A DNA stretch of 64,000 nucleotides, taken from the NCBI GenBank assembly GCA_948514155.1, contig CAOQYA010000003.1, positions 6,057 to 70,056 on the forward strand, written 5' to 3'. A program made the translations under genes and the position numbers. Positions 8,526 through 15,678 of this stretch are shown here, one piece after another (position 1 is the stretch's first letter; each line of letters begins with the position of its first letter). The notes under the pieces are model-generated. The model searched no databases, was not told where the DNA came from, and saw only the letters and a list, made by a program, of their open reading frames with translations. The DNA is from an uncultured Eubacteriales bacterium. GTDB taxonomy: Bacteria; Bacillota; Clostridia; Christensenellales; UBA1242.

Positions 8526-9782
8526 TCAATCTCGCCAAATAAATTTGCGACTAAACAACTTTTCCGGCAAATCTCCCGCCCCCATTATTGCCAAAATCGC
8601 TCCTTTTTCAAACGAATTCAGTTTATCAATCAGCGCGTTGAGGTCGTAAAACATGATTGTTTCAGTGTGAGCGGCGAGTTTTTTCAAAAGTTCAATCTCG
8701 ATTTCAGGCTGCGGCTGTTCGCGGGCGGCATAGGTCTTAAACAAAATCACCTCGTCAAATTCGGAGAGGGCTTTAACAAATTCGTGCATAAGCGTTGCAG
8801 TGCGCGAATAGGTGTGCGGCTGAAAGATTGCAACTTTGTTTCCATGCATGCCCTTAAGCGAGTCCACCACGCTTGCAATCTCGTGCGGGTGATGAGCATA
8901 GTCAACAATCGCGCGGCCGGGCGCGGCACAGCCCACTCTTTCAAATCGCTTTTCAAGACCTTTGTAGTTTTCAAGGCCAAGTTTAATGAGGCAGTCGCTG
9001 ACGCCGAGTTTTCGGCAGACCTCAATAGCAAGCAGCGCGTTCTTAGCGTTATATTTGCCGCCAACAGCCATACGCAGATTAAAAAGCCGCGCCCCCCTTT
9101 CAAGCACATCAAAAACGATGTCGCCTCGGCGGCCTGTTTTTAAGTTGCGAATTTCAAGATTTGTGTTTTCAACAACATTTAGGCTACTTTCTTTAAATTT
9201 ATCAAAAGACTTGAGTTCATTTTTGAAAGTGCCAAAATAGTCAAGGTGCTCCGGCTCAACATTGGTCACAACACTTAAAAATGGACGCAAAAAAAGAAAG
9301 TTGTCGTGATACTCGCAGGCCTCAGTCACAAAAAACTCCTTGCCCGCAAAATCAAAACTTCTTCCACTCTCCTTCAAGTTCGCGCCCACATGCAGGCTGG
9401 GCTTAAACCCCGCCACACGCAAAATATTATATACCATGGCCGTCACGCTGGACTTACCATGCGAGCCGCTTATCGCGACCACCTTTTCATGCTGCCCCGC
9501 AATCTCTGCCAGCAATTTTCCCCGCACGCTCAACTTCTTGCCAAGTTTTTTGGCATGCGCCAAAAGCGAAAAACTTTCGTCAAAAGCGGAAGAGTAAACA
9601 ATCTCGTCCGCCCATTCGATATCTTCTAAGTTTTCGCTGTTTGAAACTTCAATTCCGCATTCTGTTAAAATGCCGAGACTATTTCTGTCATAGCCCCTAA
9701 CGCAAAAGCCCTGCTGCTTTAAATAGATAGCAAGACTTGACATACTTGCGCCGCAAATTCCCACTAAGAAATAATTTTTCAT
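8526..9782 (-). CDS. murC: UDP-N-acetylmuramate--L-alanine ligase (Mur ligase family)
   Basis: GICGASMSSLA N-terminal Rossmann, ISGSHGKSSVTAM P-loop, DYAHHPHEI C-terminal motif. Confidence 0.8.
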   Translation of the reverse strand: MKNYFLVGICGASMSSLAIYLKQQGFCVRGYDRNSLGILTECGIEVSNSENLEDIEWADEIVYSSAFDESFSLLAHAKKLGKKLSVRGKLLAEIAGQHEKVVAISGSHGKSSVTAMVYNILRVAGFKPSLHVGANLKESGRSFDFAGKEFFVTEACEYHDNFLFLRPFLSVVTNVEPEHLDYFGTFKNELKSFDKFKESSLNVVENTNLEIRNLKTGRRGDIVFDVLERGARLFNLRMAVGGKYNAKNALLAIEVCRKLGVSDCLIKLGLENYKGLEKRFERVGCAAPGRAIVDYAHHPHEIASVVDSLKGMHGNKVAIFQPHTYSRTATLMHEFVKALSEFDEVILFKTYAAREQPQPEIEIELLKKLAAHTETIMFYDLNALIDKLNSFEKGAILAIMGAGDLPEKLFSRKFIWRD

Positions 9783-9814
9783 AGTAAGTGTTTATGCAGC
9801 ATTAAGTTTTTTAG

Positions 9815-10213
9815 TCACTCGTCGTCGTCAGTGGCAGGCATAAGACCGCTTTTCTGTGCTTTGAAACGCACATATTCAGCAATCAGCGCAATAAGTTCAC
9901 TGCTGGTCGGCTTGTAAGTCCATTTCTCGTCGGACATATTATAAAGTTTGCAAAGTGGCTTAAACCCGGTTTTATAGAAGCCAATATCAGTTGAATGACG
10001 CATGCTTCTTTCAACAACGCCGCCATAAACTGCGAACTCTTTCCCAACAAGTGGATACAAATTCTTAGTCACTTTTCTTAAGAGCGTTGGGTCTTCGATA
10101 ACCTTAAGCGCACAAAGTTGCAGACATCTAAATCCTTGCAAGTTCGCCGGAATGCCAAGTTCGAGCAATATTTTTGTTACTTCCTCCCGTGCAAATAGTT
10201 CAAAATCCGTCAT
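9815..10213 (-). CDS. Stand-alone Spo0A C-terminal (DNA-binding) domain-like protein
   Basis: ILLELGIPANLQGFRCLQLCALKVIEDPTLLRKVTKNLYPLVGKEF...VERSMRH parallels the Spo0A_C consensus (GvPahikGy.YL..AI...TK.LYP.iA...VERAIRH). Start set at the ATG at 10213, preceded by AAGGAGG. Confidence 0.7.
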   Translation of the reverse strand: MTDFELFAREEVTKILLELGIPANLQGFRCLQLCALKVIEDPTLLRKVTKNLYPLVGKEFAVYGGVVERSMRHSTDIGFYKTGFKPLCKLYNMSDEKWTYKPTSSELIALIAEYVRFKAQKSGLMPATDDDE

Positions 10214-10413
10214 GTTTCCTCCTTTTATGTTTTGATTATACAAGATAGGAAAAATAAAACCAAGCGATTTGACGCATTTTTGTAAAAAATTCATAATTTT
10301 TTTACAAAATTTTACAAAAATAAGGCCAAAATCACCATTTTAGAAGAAAACTATCTGAAAATACCTTAAAAAAGCGTTAAAAAAGCCCGCAAACGCTGCG
10401 GACTTTTGAAAAC

Positions 10414-10629
10414 TTATTTCTCATTTTGGGGCTTAAATAACTCTCGGACATCGATTTCGAGGATTATAGCAATATCAAGAATAACACTCAGTGTCGGATT
10501 TATCTTATGATTTTCGACCTTGGAAATATAGCCAGAACTCTTCCCTAGCCTACCACTCAATTCATACGCTGACATATTTCTCTTTTGTCTATGCACAGCA
10601 AGATTAAAACCAAAATCTTTAAAATCCAT
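10414..10629 (-). CDS. XRE-family HTH protein, tandem paralogue 3
   Basis: 71 aa, NMSAYELSGRLGKSSGYISKVENHK. C-terminal DVRELFKP is shared with paralogue 2. Confidence 0.85.
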   Translation of the reverse strand: MDFKDFGFNLAVHRQKRNMSAYELSGRLGKSSGYISKVENHKINPTLSVILDIAIILEIDVRELFKPQNEK

Positions 10630-10634
10630 ATTAT

Positions 10635-10850
10635 CTATTTTCCATCCACTGGTTTAAATAATTCTCTTACATCCACTTCAAGAGCATCCGCTAGGTCATA
10701 AACAACTTTCGTCCCTACTGAAATCAAATTATTTTCTACTTTGTATATGTAAGAAGTTGTTTTGCCAATTCTTAAAGAAAGTTCATACCCAGAAAGGCCT
10801 CTGAGTTCCCTAAGTCTATGAACATTAAAACCAAAATCATTCAAACTCAT
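10635..10850 (-). CDS. XRE-family HTH protein, tandem paralogue 2
   Basis: 71 aa, GLSGYELSLRIGKTTSYIYKVENN. 5-nt gap to paralogue 3. Confidence 0.85.
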   Translation of the reverse strand: MSLNDFGFNVHRLRELRGLSGYELSLRIGKTTSYIYKVENNLISVGTKVVYDLADALEVDVRELFKPVDGK

Positions 10851-10902
10851 ACTTTTATTCTACTTAATAGCGCACAGCGCTTAGTCGACCTATAGTCGCG
10901 AT

Positions 10903-11124
10903 TTAATTTTTATTCAATAACTCTAAAACATACGACGGCTCCACATCTAAAGCCTGACATATCTCAATAAACCTAAGAAGAGAAATATTAACCTCTCCTT
11001 TTTCTACTTTATACATATAGTCATTTACTTTTCCTATACGCAAACTTAGTTCGTATGCGGAGATATTCTTTTCTTGCCTTATTTTTTTTAATATAAGCCC
11101 TATATTGGTCATGTTTGTTTTCAT
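10903..11124 (-). CDS. XRE-family HTH protein, tandem paralogue 1
   Basis: 73 aa, NISAYELSLRIGKVNDYMYKVEKGE. Confidence 0.85.
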   Translation of the reverse strand: MKTNMTNIGLILKKIRQEKNISAYELSLRIGKVNDYMYKVEKGEVNISLLRFIEICQALDVEPSYVLELLNKN

Positions 11125-11151
11125 ATATTAGATTATAAACCACTTAAATAA

Positions 11152-11181
11152 TTGACATTTAGTCCCTCCCGCTATTATAAT
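11152..11181 (+). promoter_or_regulatory. SigA-type promoter for the SLOG gene
   Basis: TTGACA, 18-nt spacer, TATAAT. The -10 box overlaps the ATG used in the ORF track. Confidence 0.6.
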
Positions 11182-11212
11182 GGACCGTGAGTCCATTTTT
11201 AGGCGGTGCCAT

Positions 11213-11683
11213 TTGTTAGTTTGCTCTTTATTCGGTCACAGTTATATTTTGTTTCTTGACAGAAACTTGATTTTTGATACAATCAAATCGGCAGTCGATA
11301 GAGGCTATCGCACCTTTTATGTCGGCAGACATGGCGAATTTGATAAACTGGCCTTGCAAATATGCAAAGAGATAAAAAACAAATATTGCCCAGATATGAA
11401 GATTTATCTTGTTTTCACTTCAATGACTGACATGGTAAGGAATAAATCTGGGTTATGCAATATGGACTGCTTGTATGATGTGGAGCCAATTTTGTTTGAA
11501 ATCGAAAATGTTCACTACAAGAGGAGAATAACCTTCACAAATCAGCGCATGGCAGAATGCTGCGATTTAGTGATTTGCTATGCTGACGAAGAGGTTGTTG
11601 ACAGCGGAGCGGCAAGGGCTGTGCGTTATGCAAGAAAAATCGGCAAAGAAGTAATCAACTTATTTAAAAAGCGCCGACCTTAA
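11213..11683 (+). CDS. YpsA/DUF1273-type SLOG family protein
   Basis: The N-terminal CSLFGHS resembles the C.FTGHR start of DUF1273, with a Rossmann-like remainder. The ATG at 11180 lies inside the -10 box, so I prefer the TTG at 11213 after AGGCGG. Confidence 0.6.
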   Translation: MLVCSLFGHSYILFLDRNLIFDTIKSAVDRGYRTFYVGRHGEFDKLALQICKEIKNKYCPDMKIYLVFTSMTDMVRNKSGLCNMDCLYDVEPILFEIENVHYKRRITFTNQRMAECCDLVICYADEEVVDSGAARAVRYARKIGKEVINLFKKRRP

Positions 11684-11688
11684 TAATT

Positions 11689-11743
11689 CTATCGGCAAGA
11701 AAAATTTCAATTTTTTCAATTTTGCTTGATTTCTTGCCGATAG
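11689..11743. promoter_or_regulatory. Perfect 14-bp inverted repeat (CTATCGGCAAGAAA / TTTCTTGCCGATAG) with a 27-nt loop
   Basis: Read directly. The loop holds a TTCAATTTT direct repeat. The right arm overlaps the -35 and spacer of the putative fic promoter. Confidence 0.5.
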
Positions 11744-11754
11744 ATGTATATAAT
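11726..11754 (+). promoter_or_regulatory. Putative promoter giving a leaderless fic mRNA
   Basis: TTGATT, 17-nt spacer, TATAAT. The ATG at 11761 lies 7 nt after the -10 box and has no Shine-Dalgarno. Confidence 0.4.
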
Positions 11755-11760
11755 AAAGAT

Positions 11761-12639
11761 ATGGAATTTAAAAGTGTTAGTGAAATTGCTAAAATCTGGA
11801 ATGTGTCGGAGAGGACTGTTCGCAACTATTGTGCGTGCGGAAAGGTTTCAGGCGCAAAACTTTCGGGCAAGACATGGCTTATCCCGAAAGACGCCAAAAA
11901 GCCCGAAAGATTAAACAAAAAAGAAACCTCTCTTCTTCACACATTAAAAGAAGAAAGAGATATGGGGCTGAAAGGCGGAATATATCATAAAACACAAGTC
12001 GAGTTCTCATATAACACAAATCACATCGAAGGCAGCACTTTAAGCGAGGAGCAGACAAGATTTATTTTTGAGACTAACACAATTGGGATATCTCCTTCCC
12101 CAATAAATGCCGACGATGTGATTGAAACAACAAATCATTTCAAATGTTTTGACTATATGCTAGACAATGCAAATAAAACACTTTCAGAAAAGTTCATTAA
12201 AAAACTGCACTACATCTTAAAATCTTCCACTTCGGATAGTAAGAAAAATTGGTTTAAGATTGGAGACTACAAAACTAGGCCTAATGAAATTGGCGGAAAT
12301 GCCACTTGCCCGCCAAAGGATGTCCAAAAGCAAATTGAGACGCTGCTAGATAGATACAACTCCATTCAAAAGCCGACTTTAGAGGACATTATTGAGTTTC
12401 ACAAAAATTTTGAGAGCATCCACCCATTTCAAGACGGAAACGGCAGAGTGGGCAGGCTGATTATGTTTAAGGAATGCCTTAAAAACAAGATTGTTCCTTT
12501 CATTATAAATGACAGCGTGAAATGGTTCTATTATCGGGGCCTAAGAGAGTGGGACAATGAACGAGGCTTTTTGATTGAAACATGCCTCGCAGCACAAGAT
12601 AGATATAAAGCATATCTTGAGTATTTTGATATAACTTAA
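11761..12639 (+). CDS. Fic-domain protein with N-terminal MerR/excisionase-type HTH
   Basis: HPFQDGNGRVGR Fic motif. N-terminal SVSEIAKIWNVSERTVRNYCACGKVSGA HTH. TNHIEGSTLS Fic_N-type motif. Confidence 0.9.
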   Translation: MEFKSVSEIAKIWNVSERTVRNYCACGKVSGAKLSGKTWLIPKDAKKPERLNKKETSLLHTLKEERDMGLKGGIYHKTQVEFSYNTNHIEGSTLSEEQTRFIFETNTIGISPSPINADDVIETTNHFKCFDYMLDNANKTLSEKFIKKLHYILKSSTSDSKKNWFKIGDYKTRPNEIGGNATCPPKDVQKQIETLLDRYNSIQKPTLEDIIEFHKNFESIHPFQDGNGRVGRLIMFKECLKNKIVPFIINDSVKWFYYRGLREWDNERGFLIETCLAAQDRYKAYLEYFDIT

Positions 12640-12657
12640 GCGGAGGGCGCGCCTTGA

Positions 12658-12705
12658 GCCCGGTCGCACGCGCGCTTTAGCGCGGGCGGCCGGGCGTTTT
12701 GTTTG
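12658..12705 (+). terminator. Very GC-rich intrinsic terminator after fic
   Basis: GCCCGGTCGCACGCGCGC-TTTA-GCGCGGGCGGCCGGGC (16-bp stem, one mismatch, one wobble) followed by GTTTTGTTTG. Confidence 0.65.
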
Positions 12706-12745
12706 CGCCGGAGCGGGCGGCGGAAAGCCGGACGCGGGGCGCAAG

Positions 12746-12783
12746 CAAAAAAAATCGGCTAGGGGCTTTGCCTCAGCCGATTT
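12746..12783 (-). terminator. Intrinsic terminator after the VanW-family gene
   Basis: Minus strand: AATCGGCTGAGGCAAAGCCCCTAGCCGATT hairpin followed by T8. Confidence 0.7.
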
Positions 12784-12796
12784 CAAGGCGCGCGTT

Positions 12797-14329
12797 TTAT
12801 GGGTTATATGCGCTTGGCCTTTCTTTTTCGATTTTTGCTCTCACAGTTTCATTCGTAGTTCCCGTCACCTTCTGCGGCGGAATGAATTTAACATCATTCT
12901 CTGGCAAGGTCATGCCCTCTCCGAGTTCTTCCGTGCCTTCCACGATAATGCCCTCTTGCGGCCAGTAGTAGTCGTGGCGAAGTTCTTTTTCTTCCACCAC
13001 CTCGCCGTTTTCAAGATATTCAAGATATGCCTTGCTTTCATATCCCTCTCTTGGATAGCGAACGCGATAATATTCACCCTTATAAATCACCTTGTTTGAA
13101 TATTCGCCGGTCGTGTCTTGAATAATCTTATCCCCACTGTGCGGAAGCACCTTGATAAATTCGGCTCTTGTGCGGATGCTCTTTCCCTCTTCAATCGGCT
13201 GACCGTAAATCTCGGCATAAACATTTTCGTTATCTGAATATGTCTTGATGTAGATTGGCGCTTCCAACGTGTTTTTAAACACAAGGTCGGAATATCCCTC
13301 AGACACCATAGCATCCAGCGATAGCGGCACATAACTTGCCGGCAGTGAGTGGTGATTTGCTTCTAGTATATCAACTCCTGCAAGCAGCAGCGCGTTATAT
13401 AATGTTGTAGAAGCCTGGCAGACACCTCCGCCTGCGCCCTTAACATATGCGCCGTTCAAGATAATGTTGGCCTCTTTGTAGCCATTCTCTGTCGTTCTTG
13501 CGCCCGTCACATTATTAAAACTAACTTCCTCGCCCGGCATAATCACCTTGCCGTTGAAAGAGCCGAGCGCGCGCGAAACATTGTTCTTTCTCGCAGGCTG
13601 AGAAGAGGCATAACTTGTGGAGAACTTAGACCTCTGGGTTATTGCGCCCAAAATATCCTCCTCGCTTCCCTCAAAAGGAATTTCCACAACTGGAATGTCG
13701 ATGTCGACTTCCTTTCCCTCTTGCAGCCCTTCGTCAATTCTTGCATAGAGTGCGCCGCGGTCAACGCTTATTCCGCTCTTTCCCTCGCTCAAAGAAAACA
13801 TCGGGTCGCCCTCTGGATCAAACACCACTTCTGGCGCAGAGGCAGGCTTATCAATTTCCGCTGCAATCGTCTCCACCTTCTCTTCAAGCCCGCCAAGCAC
13901 CGTCTTATATGACACCTGCACGGCCAGCCCGTTTTTCTTTATTTTGTTTGTCTCTTTAAATCTTTTTAAAAAGGTGCCTTCGTGTCCCACCTTAAGAACT
14001 TCGGTCAGCACCGGCTCGACCTCATTTTTCACCTCAAAATCGCTGCCCGTGAATGTCCATTTTTGGTCGCCATAATGAAGAGTTAGCTTAACATCGGCTC
14101 TTGAAGAGAGCAGCGAATAGGAAACTATGTTTTCCGCCTGCTTTCTGGTCATACCCGACACATCAATGCCGTTTATCGTAGTTCCGTTTAAAAATGTGTC
14201 ATTTGGCGAAAGATTATCAACAAAATAGAACTGACAAAACAGAAGCAGCCCCACTGCGAGCACTGCAACGCCAAGCCCCCAATAAAGCCCCTTCCACTTT
14301 TTTCTTGTTTTAACTTTTTCTGCGCTCAT
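12797..14329 (-). CDS. VanW-family protein with N-terminal TM anchor and C-terminal G5-like domain
   Basis: GGGVCQASTTLYNALLLAG VanW motif. N-terminal hydrophobic helix. Confidence 0.8.
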   Translation of the reverse strand: MSAEKVKTRKKWKGLYWGLGVAVLAVGLLLFCQFYFVDNLSPNDTFLNGTTINGIDVSGMTRKQAENIVSYSLLSSRADVKLTLHYGDQKWTFTGSDFEVKNEVEPVLTEVLKVGHEGTFLKRFKETNKIKKNGLAVQVSYKTVLGGLEEKVETIAAEIDKPASAPEVVFDPEGDPMFSLSEGKSGISVDRGALYARIDEGLQEGKEVDIDIPVVEIPFEGSEEDILGAITQRSKFSTSYASSQPARKNNVSRALGSFNGKVIMPGEEVSFNNVTGARTTENGYKEANIILNGAYVKGAGGGVCQASTTLYNALLLAGVDILEANHHSLPASYVPLSLDAMVSEGYSDLVFKNTLEAPIYIKTYSDNENVYAEIYGQPIEEGKSIRTRAEFIKVLPHSGDKIIQDTTGEYSNKVIYKGEYYRVRYPREGYESKAYLEYLENGEVVEEKELRHDYYWPQEGIIVEGTEELGEGMTLPENDVKFIPPQKVTGTTNETVRAKIEKERPSAYNP

Positions 14330-14365
14330 GCCTCTAGTATGTGAAAGAGGAATAAAAAAATACGC

Positions 14366-14394
14366 AATAAAAAAGAGAGATTCCTCTCTCTCTA
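14366..14394 (-). terminator. Intrinsic terminator overlapping the cca stop
   Basis: Minus strand: AGAGAGA-GGAA-TCTCTCT followed by a T-run. Confidence 0.65.
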
Positions 14395-15606
14395 AAATTT
14401 GTGATAATGCTTTTTTCCTATGTTTCTAAGAAGTTCCTCTGCAGTATTTGCGCACTTGCCGTCGAACACGTCACTTAAAGCGTCCATAAACACCTTATCA
14501 TACATCTTTTCGGGCATGGACGGAAAATGTTTTTTAAGGTCCTTCTCGCCGATTTTCAAATCGCTTTTTCTGATAACAAGTTTGTGCGAAATGATATATT
14601 TATAGAAAAATTGATATTTTTGTGCCAAAATCTTTGATTTTTTAATTAACACATCATATATCTGCGGAAAGTTATCGAAATATCTAAAGAAATATTGTTT
14701 ATTCTTTAAATGATTGAGCGCGTCATAGTAGCCCGACACAATGTTGATAAACTGCCCTTCTCTCTTCTTTGTAAAGCCCGAATTTTCAAGCAAGTTATAT
14801 AAGAAATATGAAATGCTTGCAGGCTGCGCCGCATCAACAACATCAATTATAAAGCCCATAAGTTTATCGTCACATTTTGCAATCATGCGTGGCTTTATGT
14901 GCTCAACTTCAAAGCCCACTCTCTTCCAAACGCCCAATCGATTGTAAAGTTTGACAGCTCTAACAGCGCCCTTGTTTGTGGTGCGTGCAAAGAGTTTTTC
15001 AAGTTCCTCGGTCACCTTAGATTTTGTGATATCTTTAACATTATCCACATTTTTATGCGCCCAAACGAGAGTTTGCGCTTCGATTGAGAAATTGTATTCT
15101 CCGGCAAGACGCAACATTCTTAAAATGCGCACGCCGTCGTCATTTAAGATATGGTCGCTGACCGCTCGAATTTTCTTGCGTTTGAGGTCCTTAACTCCGC
15201 CGAACGGGTCTATAATTTTCTCCGCCAATATGTCATAATAAATGGCGTTGATTGTAAAGTCGCGGCGCGAGGCATCTTCGCCAAGGTCAGAAATAAACTC
15301 CACCTCTTGTGGGCAATGGCCTTTAAACGCCCCCTCACGCCTGAAAGTTGCATAGTCAAAACTCTTTGTTGGGCAAACAATCTTGCAGGTGCCAAAGGCC
15401 TTGTTTTTATTCTTGAGCGAAAACTCGCTGCCCTCAAGTTTCTTCTCAAGTTCTGATAGTGTCAGCGCGCTGCACACATCTTCGTCCTCGCATTCTCTGC
15501 CAAGCAGTGCATTTCGCACCCACCCGCCAACAAGATAAAAATTGCCGCTAACGAGCGTGGCGAGTTCTTTAACCTTTTCACTTGGAGTGATTTGAAAAAT
15601 ATTCAT
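14392..15606 (-). CDS. cca: CCA-adding tRNA nucleotidyltransferase / poly(A) polymerase family
   Basis: LVGGWVRNALLG...DEDV and RDFTINAIYYD motifs. Confidence 0.8.
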   Translation of the reverse strand: MNIFQITPSEKVKELATLVSGNFYLVGGWVRNALLGRECEDEDVCSALTLSELEKKLEGSEFSLKNKNKAFGTCKIVCPTKSFDYATFRREGAFKGHCPQEVEFISDLGEDASRRDFTINAIYYDILAEKIIDPFGGVKDLKRKKIRAVSDHILNDDGVRILRMLRLAGEYNFSIEAQTLVWAHKNVDNVKDITKSKVTEELEKLFARTTNKGAVRAVKLYNRLGVWKRVGFEVEHIKPRMIAKCDDKLMGFIIDVVDAAQPASISYFLYNLLENSGFTKKREGQFINIVSGYYDALNHLKNKQYFFRYFDNFPQIYDVLIKKSKILAQKYQFFYKYIISHKLVIRKSDLKIGEKDLKKHFPSMPEKMYDKVFMDALSDVFDGKCANTAEELLRNIGKKHYHKF

Positions 15607-15678
15607 ATTTAAATCTTAAACAAATAGCATATTTTTGTCAAGCGAATGTTATTTCATTTGACTTTAGTGGCATAATTT

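Noticed and set aside
12541-12968. Arg/Ala/Pro-rich ORFs 12541..12786 (-) and 12699..12968 (+).
   Set aside because: They are products of the GC-rich terminator patch and of the antisense strand of the vanW-family gene, so they are not credible genes.
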